63,426 bases of DNA from Patescibacteria group bacterium UBA4473. Its GTDB lineage: Bacteria; Patescibacteriota; Gracilibacteria; UBA4473. Each line of letters opens with the position of its first letter. Position 1 is the stretch's first letter. The notes below the pieces were generated by a model, which did no database searches, was not told the origin of the DNA, and was given only the letters and a program-made list of their open reading frames with translations. Positions 6,915 through 15,509 of this stretch are shown here, piece after piece. Made by a program: the position numbers and the translations under genes. The stretch spans positions 1 through 63,426 of the forward strand of contig DGOF01000029.1 of NCBI GenBank assembly GCA_002389285.1. Direction: 5' to 3'.

Positions 6915-9900
6915 TTAAGACCGGTAGGTTGGAAGCGTTGGAAGATCGACGGGAATTTTTCGCATCATGTGTTCCACGATGACCTGCATATTGCTTTCTT
7001 GGATCTCGGAGATCATTTGTATGGCTTCTATGTAGGGAAGGGTTATCTTCATAGGTTTATCGGGATGGATACCTCGTTGTGCCATGAAGGTTTTGACCTG
7101 TCCTGCAATTTCCATAAGACGGTCCAAAGGAATGACTTTGAGATCGTAGAGTTCTTTCGCTTCTTTGAAGATGGTGAGAATCGGAAGAAACTGTGATTCA
7201 AAGATCGTAAAGTCTTTCATGACGGCTTGTGCTCTTTTGGATATGGCTTTGATCGGAGGGTTGAAGGCGGCTTCTCTTCTTTTTTCAAAGTCTTCTTTCC
7301 AGTCGTCTTGGTGCTTCATAATGACCCCGGTGGGCTCGTCTGCGTCTTCTCTGGTAATGAGTTCTTTGAAATCAGGACATTGATGGATGAGGCTTATGAT
7401 TTCTGGGTACTTTCGGAGTGGACGCATATGGCTTTGAATAGCTTTTCGAATGGGCTCGGCTTCTTCTGGGGTTATAACAAAGAGCGCTTGCATATCGGTC
7501 CAGTGACGAAGGACCTGCTGGACCGTGTTTTTTCGAATTTTTGTTTTACTTCTGGTTTTCGCTGCTTTTGATTCGCTCCCGTTTTCCGTTTCCTTGATGT
7601 TTTGGGTCGCTTCGTCGAGTGTTTGGACGAGATATTCGAGGCTTGGGTTTTTAAAGGCTTTTTCGTCTTGAAAAGAATCGCGTGAGATGAATTTTTTCTC
7701 TACGCCAAGGGCAAAGAGAGAAGCGTTACGGAGGAACGTCACGGGATTATCTTTGGTGTTTTCGATTTGTGCTTTAAGAAATTCTGTGAGGGATTTGGAG
7801 GCTTTTTCCGAGAGTGTTCCAACGGAGAGTGAATCGTCTTTCGTTCCAAAGTTTGCTTGAAGGAGCTCGGTCCAATTTTCCGTAGCGATGAGTTCTTGTT
7901 GATACTCGTTTATGGATTTCATAACGAGCGGATTCAGTCCCATTTTTCCGAGTTCGGCCATGTGATCAACATGATGCGCGTACTTTTGGGCCTCTTCTCC
8001 ATGGACGGGACAGTGTTTGACGCCACAAACGGGACATCGGTGTTGATAGTTTTTTTTGCTCTCACTGTAGTCGTGCGGTTTGAAGGATACTTGATCGGCG
8101 CGTGCGGAATCGATGAGTTCGCTTAATCGAGCGGATCCAAGATTGGAAATCATGCCTTCAATTTCTTTTTTATAGCCGTTGAGGAATCCACTTCCGATGA
8201 GAAGAGGAATGATAGTTCGAAGACTGTCGGTATATCCGAGGGCGAAGGCATCTCGTACGTAGTGTGCCATAAGCGCTTCGTCGATATTACACGGATGATG
8301 ATTGGTTTGAGGATTGATCGATTTACAAATTTCAATCAAGACCCGATTTGAGAAGGGGAGAAATTCATTTCTTCCTCCGTATTCTCGTGTCAGTGTGGCT
8401 TTTAGTTTGGGGATCAGTGTTTGAACGAGGAAGTGCATTTGGTAGGCACTTTCATCGTCAATCGTTCCGGCGTTGTCAGTGAGTGCAAAATGTCCGGTCA
8501 TGGGGTCACAAAGATGAGCCCAGGCAAGGGATCGAGTCATTTCTTCTGGGGGGAGTCCTTGGAAATCAAGCGATCCTCCCATGGCTAATCGGCTGGCCAT
8601 GGCGGGATTGGCCGCAATAGAGGTTCCGTGTTCGGATCCGACATTTCCCGTAAAGGTGATACAAAACTTATCTCCGACGCGCATCCATTCAGAGGTGATG
8701 GTATTGAAAAACCATCCAATAGGATTTTTTTGAGTTTTTCCCTCTTCTTGTTTTCGTGTTTCAGGGCGCGGTCCGGCGGTTTCGTCATCGGCTGGAATAC
8801 AGTGCAATAAGGAGTGCAAAAAGGTCCAGTTATCGAGTTCCGGGAACTCGTTGATGATAATGGGCGTGTTCTTGATGAGTCCTTGAAGGATATTTCCGTA
8901 GGCAAATCCTCGTTGGGTGGTTTGGCTTTTAAGCACGGTGAGGAGATGGGAGGTCAGATCTTTTTGAGCGGATTTTTTGAGCAGGGCGCGGAGTTCTTCA
9001 ATACTGGCCCCTCCTTCGGAAAGAGTTTGTTCTGTGAGTTCGAAATGTTTTTCAAAAAAATCAGGATCTTGTGCTACGAGTATTTCTATTTGGGGTTTGT
9101 CTAGCTGATCGATCATGCTGGTATGGGCCATGGCTTGTTCCGCCATGGTTTGATCTCCGATCGTGGGTCGGGCCATAAGTGTAAAGGACGATTGTCCGGG
9201 ATCGATATCGATCGAAATGGGTTCGATACCATGCATTCGAAAATATTCTTGGAGGAGGCTGGTTTTTCCTTCTCCGGGAGGGCCGGTCAGCGTGGGGCCT
9301 ACGACGTGTCTTCGATCGGCTCCGTAAATACGGCCGTGAAGATTATTGAGATGTTGGATAACGGTTTCACTTTCATGAATCGATCGGTGGTTTTGTGCAT
9401 CGCCAATACATTTCATATGTTCTTGTCGTTGGTGGGCCATGCGTACGCTTTCATCCTGCCATACGGAATAGAGGCGTTCTTTGAGTCCGGTTTCTTGTTC
9501 GAGAAGTCCACCATCGGTTCGTTGAACTTGATTGAGAAATTGAGCCCCTCCTGGCATCGAACTTCCTATTTCTGTTTGCAAATATTGCTTGAGAATACGA
9601 CGTTGTTCCGCTTGGTCTTGTTGGTTTTGGAGGAGGTTTTCTTGGAGGGCATTGAAATTTGCAAGAGTCGCTGGACAGTATCCTGTCGTGAGATTCTCAT
9701 CGGGTTGATGTGCGAAGCTATAGATTCTTTCGGCTTGATGCGATATTTGATCGCCATAGGCCGTTACAGTGGTACGGATATCGTCTTCGATTCGTACTTG
9801 TGTTGCGTCCATGAGCTCTCTTTGACCGGCAAAGGCTGGCATCTCTCGGAGTGGGTTACTGGCCGCGTGCGTGAGCATCTGAGCGTTTGTCGTGAGCATT

Positions 9901-10112
9901 CTCACGATAAAATCAGCTTGATCATCTGGAAGTTCTTCGGGGACAGCGGGATTCGTGAGAAGTGTTTGGCTTACACGATCTGAAAAACAATCCGCCAGAT
10001 CATGGAGGTAGGCGAGCGGGTCTTTGTGGAGTTTTTCTTGTGCGGCTTGAAGACCTTCTGGCGTTTTGAAATCGATAGCTTTAGTCGTCATAAGATGAAT
10101 ATTATTTACCAT
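6915..10112 (-). CDS. Large MoxR/dynein-related AAA+ ATPase with putative Zn knuckle
   Basis: Walker A TGPPGEGKT, Walker B-like IIINEF, sensor-1 ITFTGN, Arg-finger NPAMASRL, CPVCGVKHCPVH; 6 bp downstream of the RT. Confidence 0.8.
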   Translation of the reverse strand: MVNNIHLMTTKAIDFKTPEGLQAAQEKLHKDPLAYLHDLADCFSDRVSQTLLTNPAVPEELPDDQADFIVRMLTTNAQMLTHAASNPLREMPAFAGQRELMDATQVRIEDDIRTTVTAYGDQISHQAERIYSFAHQPDENLTTGYCPATLANFNALQENLLQNQQDQAEQRRILKQYLQTEIGSSMPGGAQFLNQVQRTDGGLLEQETGLKERLYSVWQDESVRMAHQRQEHMKCIGDAQNHRSIHESETVIQHLNNLHGRIYGADRRHVVGPTLTGPPGEGKTSLLQEYFRMHGIEPISIDIDPGQSSFTLMARPTIGDQTMAEQAMAHTSMIDQLDKPQIEILVAQDPDFFEKHFELTEQTLSEGGASIEELRALLKKSAQKDLTSHLLTVLKSQTTQRGFAYGNILQGLIKNTPIIINEFPELDNWTFLHSLLHCIPADDETAGPRPETRKQEEGKTQKNPIGWFFNTITSEWMRVGDKFCITFTGNVGSEHGTSIAANPAMASRLAMGGSLDFQGLPPEEMTRSLAWAHLCDPMTGHFALTDNAGTIDDESAYQMHFLVQTLIPKLKATLTREYGGRNEFLPFSNRVLIEICKSINPQTNHHPCNIDEALMAHYVRDAFALGYTDSLRTIIPLLIGSGFLNGYKKEIEGMISNLGSARLSELIDSARADQVSFKPHDYSESKKNYQHRCPVCGVKHCPVHGEEAQKYAHHVDHMAELGKMGLNPLVMKSINEYQQELIATENWTELLQANFGTKDDSLSVGTLSEKASKSLTEFLKAQIENTKDNPVTFLRNASLFALGVEKKFISRDSFQDEKAFKNPSLEYLVQTLDEATQNIKETENGSESKAAKTRSKTKIRKNTVQQVLRHWTDMQALFVITPEEAEPIRKAIQSHMRPLRKYPEIISLIHQCPDFKELITREDADEPTGVIMKHQDDWKEDFEKRREAAFNPPIKAISKRAQAVMKDFTIFESQFLPILTIFKEAKELYDLKVIPLDRLMEIAGQVKTFMAQRGIHPDKPMKITLPYIEAIQMISEIQESNMQVIVEHMMRKIPVDLPTLPTYRS

Positions 10113-10118
10113 AAAAGA

Positions 10119-11906
10119 TTATTTTTTCTCCTTAAAACCAGGAAGATTGATGAAATTACTTTTTTTGTCTTTTGTATGTTTTTGTTTTTTGGGGACGGGA
10201 GCAAGGACTTTGGTGACTTCTTTTTCTGCATCCCAGAACAAATAACGCGTTCCACGGAGGATGGCATAAAGACTCGTGTCACCTCGTTCTTCCGCTTGAC
10301 CTTTTATGGCTTCACAAAGTCGTTCCCAGGCTTCTCGATTAAGTTTGAGGGTCAGGAGTGATTCTCCTTGGGCATCAGACTCATCTTCATTTTCTATAAC
10401 ATCTTCCTTGTTGAAAACCGTGAGTTCTACAAACGCAATGAGTTGGTAGAGGCTTGTTTCAAACAGGGCTCGTATTTCTTCTTCGGAAAGATCGTCATTA
10501 TCTTCGATCGATTCGGCGATGTTTGCGATTTGATCCGAGAGTTCAAATTCTACAAGAGTTTCATCTTTGTTAATGGTCTCTTCCATTTCGAGGAGAGAGG
10601 ATTTGGCTTCGTCGATTTTTGCGGTGAGTTCTTCGGGGGTGATATTTCGTTTTTCACAGAGCGTTGCTTGACGTTTTTGGGTGAAGACTTCTTTATCGGC
10701 ATCAACATAGTCGACCTGTTCTTGCATTTTCATTGCCTGGTTTGAAAACCATCCAGAAGCACTGGCGGGGAGGATGTCTCCGAATTTCTCCAAAAATTGT
10801 CGCCAGGCATGCGCCATGCGATCAGGAAGGACATAGAGGTCATCTTTGATCGTATCGCCTCCTATACGGGCAATGTGATGGGCGTGAGCGAATTTTCCAA
10901 GAATAGATGCGACTTCTTTGTGTTCTAAGAATTCGGCTTGTGTTGTCGGTAGAGCGTCTCCACGAAGATTATTATGATCGATGAGTGCATGCATTTGAGA
11001 AGCCCAGGTTTTGGCGCGGGAATGTGGAATACGAAATCGTAATTTTTTGTCGCTTTTTTTATCGGCGGGGAGGAGATCTACGCCCCAAATTCGATACTTT
11101 TTGTCGTTTTCTTTGTAGTGGGTTTTGTGCGGTGCGGCTTGAAATCCAAAAGATTTGAGGATACTTATGACGAGATGTCGGAATTCTTCGGGGATGTGTT
11201 CACTTCCCAAGATCATAATATCATCGGCATAGCGTCCGTAGGTGAGGTTTCCATCTATTCCCGCTTCTTTAGCTTTTTTTTGAATGATCCGATCAAAGGA
11301 GCTGCTGGCGACCATGTTCGAAAGGGTCGGGGAAGAGGGTGCTCCTTGGGGGAGGCGTTCTTCGAGACAGCAGAGCTCGGTGATGAGTTCGGCGAGTTCT
11401 TGGACGAGTTCGGTCGTGAGTTTGGGGCCTTTGTTCCAATTGTGAAGTATGCGATAGAGAAAATGATAGACTTCTTCTTGTACTTGATCTCGATTTACAC
11501 TGGGAAAAAAGTCGGTGATGTCGGTTTCAAAACAGGCATCCACGTTTTGATCTCGTTCTTCAAAGGTATCTATCATACTTCGAAGTCCGGTGTAGGCGGA
11601 TTGTCCGGCGCGAAATCCAAAAGAGGCCTCACTGAGGGTTGCTTTTCGAAGTAGGTCTTGGATGCGTCGTTGAACAAATTTAAGCGCCTCACTGGGGGCT
11701 TCAATGGTTCGTGTTTTTCCGGGTCCTTTGGGAATTTCAAATATTCGATAGTTTTTTCCTGAATCTCCCTGGTTGTTTTCAAGGGCTTGTACGACCAAAG
11801 GGGCGATGCTTGGAATACCATCGTTTCTAAACGTTGCTTTGTCGAGGGCCTCAAGGGCTTGTTGTGACGGAACACCAATGGATTGTTGTGATGATTTTCG
11901 AGGCAT
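10119..11906 (-). CDS. Retron-type reverse transcriptase with ~290-aa C-terminal extension
   Basis: YRIFEIPKGPGKTRTIEAPSEALKFVQRRI, SFGFRAG, TDITDFFPSV, LPQGAPSSPTLSN, YGRYADD; motif pattern typical of retron RTs. Confidence 0.92.
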   Translation of the reverse strand: MPRKSSQQSIGVPSQQALEALDKATFRNDGIPSIAPLVVQALENNQGDSGKNYRIFEIPKGPGKTRTIEAPSEALKFVQRRIQDLLRKATLSEASFGFRAGQSAYTGLRSMIDTFEERDQNVDACFETDITDFFPSVNRDQVQEEVYHFLYRILHNWNKGPKLTTELVQELAELITELCCLEERLPQGAPSSPTLSNMVASSSFDRIIQKKAKEAGIDGNLTYGRYADDIMILGSEHIPEEFRHLVISILKSFGFQAAPHKTHYKENDKKYRIWGVDLLPADKKSDKKLRFRIPHSRAKTWASQMHALIDHNNLRGDALPTTQAEFLEHKEVASILGKFAHAHHIARIGGDTIKDDLYVLPDRMAHAWRQFLEKFGDILPASASGWFSNQAMKMQEQVDYVDADKEVFTQKRQATLCEKRNITPEELTAKIDEAKSSLLEMEETINKDETLVEFELSDQIANIAESIEDNDDLSEEEIRALFETSLYQLIAFVELTVFNKEDVIENEDESDAQGESLLTLKLNREAWERLCEAIKGQAEERGDTSLYAILRGTRYLFWDAEKEVTKVLAPVPKKQKHTKDKKSNFINLPGFKEKK

Positions 11907-11989
11907 TATTATTATCGGAAAAAATTAAAAATTACATCTTTTTTATACGTATTTACAAAAAAGTCAAGAGATTCTTAAGAATTAAAATA

Positions 11990-12916
11990 TTATTGCTTTG
12001 CCTTGGCACGTTTTTCTCGGAGATAGCGTGCTGATTTTATGGGTCCTGCGGAAAAAATTCCCTTGATAGATTGTGAGAGGCTGGGGCCTCGGACGATATC
12101 GGCGATGGCTGTTCGAATGTTTTCGGCGAGCTCGTGAGGGTTTTCGGCAAAGTCCGTTTTGTCGCGAAGATTTTCTGGGAGTTGGCTGTGCAGTTCGGAT
12201 TGGGTCCGTGGGGAGGACTCTCGTTCGAAATAGTCTTGTCCTTCTCCTATTTTTAGAATATTCCATCGCTGTTCTATGGCGGATTTATAGAGTTCGGCAA
12301 AGGCGTCTTGGTTCTTGGTGACAATGTTTTCTATTTTTCTTGGATTTTCTGCGTGTTTCATGCGCGTATCTCCTGTATAAGAAAGTCCGGCAATGGTTAT
12401 AAACAATTCTTCGGGAGTGAAGTTCCCGGGTAAGAGGAGCAGGGCGGTTGAGAGCGCGTGTTTGAGATTTTTCTGAATCGCCCAGCGAACATCCGTGGTG
12501 GTTTGTAAGATTTCAACCGGTTTTTGGAGGCGTCCGGCACAATAGAGTGTGGTCCATTCGAGAAGATCTTTTTTAAGGTCTTCGATAGAAATGACGCCGT
12601 ATTTTATTTCGCGATATCCGAGGTCGTCTTCAAAATCCACATAGGGGTGATAGTAGATCCCTGCGCCTTGATCTTGAAGTATTTTTAGGACTTTGTGTCC
12701 GAGCATGCGCGCGAGGAGCGAGTAATCTTGAGGATTTTGTGCGAGTTGTAGGTTATGCCAGTCTTTTGTTTCCAGAACTCCCCAAATGAAATCAATCATC
12801 GGTTGGTCATTTTTGTCATAGCCTTCTTGTTCAAAGGCTCCTGATCCGTAGACCATGGCAAAGTCTGGTTTGTATTTCTCTAAAATCGCTTCTGGGTCGA
12901 AACTTAATTTTTTCAT
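11990..12916 (-). CDS. Tam41/Mmp37-family phosphatidate cytidylyltransferase (mitochondrial-type CDP-DAG synthase)
   Basis: YGSGAFEQ, MIDFI, IKYGVIS, DLLEWTTLYCAGRLQKPV, IAGLSYTGDTRM..ENPRKIENIV: full set of Tam41 signature motifs. Confidence 0.9.
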   Translation of the reverse strand: MKKLSFDPEAILEKYKPDFAMVYGSGAFEQEGYDKNDQPMIDFIWGVLETKDWHNLQLAQNPQDYSLLARMLGHKVLKILQDQGAGIYYHPYVDFEDDLGYREIKYGVISIEDLKKDLLEWTTLYCAGRLQKPVEILQTTTDVRWAIQKNLKHALSTALLLLPGNFTPEELFITIAGLSYTGDTRMKHAENPRKIENIVTKNQDAFAELYKSAIEQRWNILKIGEGQDYFERESSPRTQSELHSQLPENLRDKTDFAENPHELAENIRTAIADIVRGPSLSQSIKGIFSAGPIKSARYLREKRAKAKQ

Positions 12917-12979
12917 AATATCTCTCTATATTTAAAAAATAGTTTGTCAATTGTGTATGTTTTCACGTAGGATCAAATT

Positions 12980-13486
12980 ATGTTTGAAGAGGGAACCATT
13001 TGGGCTTATCCGACGGATACGAGTTTTGGTCTGGGGGTGCGCATCGATGATGGGGTGATGCTGGATCGTCTTTTTGATCTGAAAGGACGTGAAAAAAATA
13101 AGCCGGTATCTTTGATGGTGAAAAATTTCGAAATGCTGCAGCAGTATGCGAACGTGCCAGAAGATTTAGAAGAAAAGTTTTTTTTCGAAAAGCCGAGAAC
13201 CGTTATATTAAAACCGACAGAGGCCCTGCCTAAATCTGATTATTGGCCAGAGGATAAAGTTGCTTTTCGTATTTGCACAATGCCGGCTGTGGCCGAATAT
13301 ATTGATGTACCAATTACGGCGACTTCAGCGAATCTAAGTGGGGAGTCTCCGATATTTGAAATACAAAAACTAAAAGATCAGTTCTCGGAAGAGCTTAATA
13401 TTTGTTGTATGTTTTCAGAACTTCCAGAGAGAGATCCGTCAGAGATCTATGATTTTACGACGTCGGCAAGATCTCGATTACGCTAG
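12980..13486 (+). CDS. tsaC: L-threonylcarbamoyladenylate synthase (YrdC/Sua5)
   Basis: YPTDTSFGLG, LFDLKGREKNKPVS, ITATSANLSG. Confidence 0.92.
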   Translation: MFEEGTIWAYPTDTSFGLGVRIDDGVMLDRLFDLKGREKNKPVSLMVKNFEMLQQYANVPEDLEEKFFFEKPRTVILKPTEALPKSDYWPEDKVAFRICTMPAVAEYIDVPITATSANLSGESPIFEIQKLKDQFSEELNICCMFSELPERDPSEIYDFTTSARSRLR

Positions 13487-13961
13487 GATGGGGGAGGAGC
13501 ATTTCCACCATTCCGTTTCCAAAGAGTACGAGGAGTCCAACAATGAGTGCACTGAGAATGACACCCGCTCCAATAAGGAAAAGGGCTTTTCGAAAAGGGA
13601 TCTTGAAAATATCGGCCACAAGTCCACCTGTAAAGGCGCCACTACCGGGGAGCGGAATGGCAACGAGAACCACAAGGGCGATGGCACCGACGCGAGCCAT
13701 ACGTTGAGAATGTTCTCGGCGGGCTTTGTCCAGAACCGTTTCGACAATACGACGAAGAAAAGGAATCTTGCGCATGAACTCAATCACGTATCGAAGGACG
13801 AGGAGATTGAAGGCGGCCAAGAGAATTCCTCCCAGAATAGAAACCAGGACGGCATGGCCCAGAGGAAGGCCAAATAATAAATGTCCAATAGGAATGGATC
13901 CCCTGAGTTCTACCACAGGGGTCATCGACCAGATGAGCGTATAAAGATAATCTTTCCACAT
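13455..13961 (-). CDS. Small multidrug export family membrane protein (COG2426-like)
   Basis: SMTPVVELRGSIP and VAIPLPGSGAFTG motifs; 4 TM helices. Confidence 0.85.
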   Translation of the reverse strand: MWKDYLYTLIWSMTPVVELRGSIPIGHLLFGLPLGHAVLVSILGGILLAAFNLLVLRYVIEFMRKIPFLRRIVETVLDKARREHSQRMARVGAIALVVLVAIPLPGSGAFTGGLVADIFKIPFRKALFLIGAGVILSALIVGLLVLFGNGMVEMLLPHPSVIEILPTS

Positions 13962-14213
13962 GTCGGGTCTATTATCGGATAATCTGCAGAGAGTGCAACT
14001 TTTTACTTCTGCACTTTTTTTACTGAGTAAAAAAATGAAACAAGAATGGTGTTAGGTCAATCTGAAATAAGGATAAATGATTGTGCAAACACATTTTTTG
14101 TTCTAAATTTTGAATAAGCAGACCGCTCTGCGAGTGAAAAATACACACAAAAACAAATTTTTTGCACACCATGTGCACAAGTTTTTAACAACTACACAAA
14201 AAGAGCTCACCTT

Positions 14214-15149
14214 ATGACTGATAAAAACTGGTTTCACGACCCGGTGCTGAAGAAAGAAATCCTTGATTTCTTGGTGTTTCCTACGGTGGAAACTTTTTTT
14301 GATGGAACGCTTGGGTTGGGAGGACACGCCGAATCAATTTTGGAACACGTTCCCAACCTCAAACATTACGTGGCCTGTGATTTAGATGAACATCATATTG
14401 AGGTCGCTCGGAAGCGTCTTTCTCCCTGGAAAGAAAAATTAAAGATTCATCATGCGAACTTTTCCGAAATAGCTTCTTTGTTGGAGGCGGTTGAGGATCG
14501 AGGGCCTTTGGCGATTTTATTGGATTTGGGTTTGTGTTCGGCGCATGTCGATCAAGCCGATCGAGGATTTTCGTTTCAAGAAGACGGGCCGTTGCATTTT
14601 TGCTTTGATACGTCGGCAAAATTTACAGCTGAAATATGGATTAGCGAAGTTTCTCGTGTGGACCTGACACGTATCTTTCGTCGATATGGAGAACTCTCGA
14701 ATGCGCCGCAGATAGCGCGTAAGATTGTGGAGGTTCGGGCCGAGAAGCCTATTACTACGACGCAGGAGTTGCGCGCAATTGTTGAGTCGGTTACTCATCC
14801 CCAAAATCGAAGGAAAGCGCTGACGTTGGCTTTTCAGGCGATTCGTATTTTTATCAATCAAGAATTAGAGGTGTTAGAAAAAGCTTTGGTCGGTGGAATG
14901 AATATGTTGCAACCGGGGGATCGAATGGGAATAATTTCTTATCACTCATTAGAAGATCGGATCGTGAAACAGTCTTTTGCGCTTAATGCTAAGCCGGTGA
15001 CAGAAGAATCAGAATTTTCATTGCATGAGGAAGTGCAACCGCCCTCGGTAAAACTTTTACGGAAAAAGCCTTTTGAGGCTTCGGCTCAAGAAGTGGCTGA
15101 GAATCCGCGTAGTCGAAGCGCTAAACTTCGTATTATTGAAAAATTATGA
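14214..15149 (+). CDS. rsmH: 16S rRNA m4C1402 methyltransferase
   Basis: HDPVL, DGTLGLGGH, DLGLCS, RGFSF, FQAIRI, SYHSLEDR, NPRSRSAKLR. Confidence 0.96.
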   Translation: MTDKNWFHDPVLKKEILDFLVFPTVETFFDGTLGLGGHAESILEHVPNLKHYVACDLDEHHIEVARKRLSPWKEKLKIHHANFSEIASLLEAVEDRGPLAILLDLGLCSAHVDQADRGFSFQEDGPLHFCFDTSAKFTAEIWISEVSRVDLTRIFRRYGELSNAPQIARKIVEVRAEKPITTTQELRAIVESVTHPQNRRKALTLAFQAIRIFINQELEVLEKALVGGMNMLQPGDRMGIISYHSLEDRIVKQSFALNAKPVTEESEFSLHEEVQPPSVKLLRKKPFEASAQEVAENPRSRSAKLRIIEKL

Positions 15150-15490
15150 ATGTGATTCATCACGATTCCAAGGTGGCAACTTCTGCCCTCACGCGCGCTT
15201 CTTCTAGAAGTGTGCAATGGATTTTTCGTATTGGGGTTGTTGCTATGGTGGTGCTTGGTTTTCTTCACTTATTATTGTTGAACTCTTTGGCGACCCAGGG
15301 ATTTGTTTTGCAGAGTATTAAGCAGGATCGTTTGGCGCTTCAGCAGGAACTCGATGATTGGAATATTACGTTGGCCACGGTGACGAGTTTGTATGCTCTT
15401 CAGAGTTCAGAGCAGGTTCAGGAAATGGATCTTGTGGATCATAAAGATTTTGTAAACTTGCGAGAGGATCGGTTGGCAATGGTGTATTAG
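15146..15490 (+). CDS. FtsL-like single-TM coiled-coil cell division protein
   Basis: Overlaps the rsmH stop (ATGA), in the position of ftsL; TM helix followed by a heptad region. Confidence 0.6.
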   Translation: MNVIHHDSKVATSALTRASSRSVQWIFRIGVVAMVVLGFLHLLLLNSLATQGFVLQSIKQDRLALQQELDDWNITLATVTSLYALQSSEQVQEMDLVDHKDFVNLREDRLAMVY

Positions 15491-15509
15491 TTTTTTTTGT
15501 TTAGTTTTT

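Noticed and set aside
3826..11906. Diversity-generating retroelement or group II intron
   Set aside because: RT motifs are retron-like. I saw no TR/VR pair differing at adenines, no avd-like gene, and no maturase/endonuclease domain or intron domain V.
11907..11989. Canonical msr-msd upstream of the RT
   Set aside because: Only 83 bp, very AT-rich, with no a1/a2 repeats or hairpins; it looks like promoter/UTR sequence.
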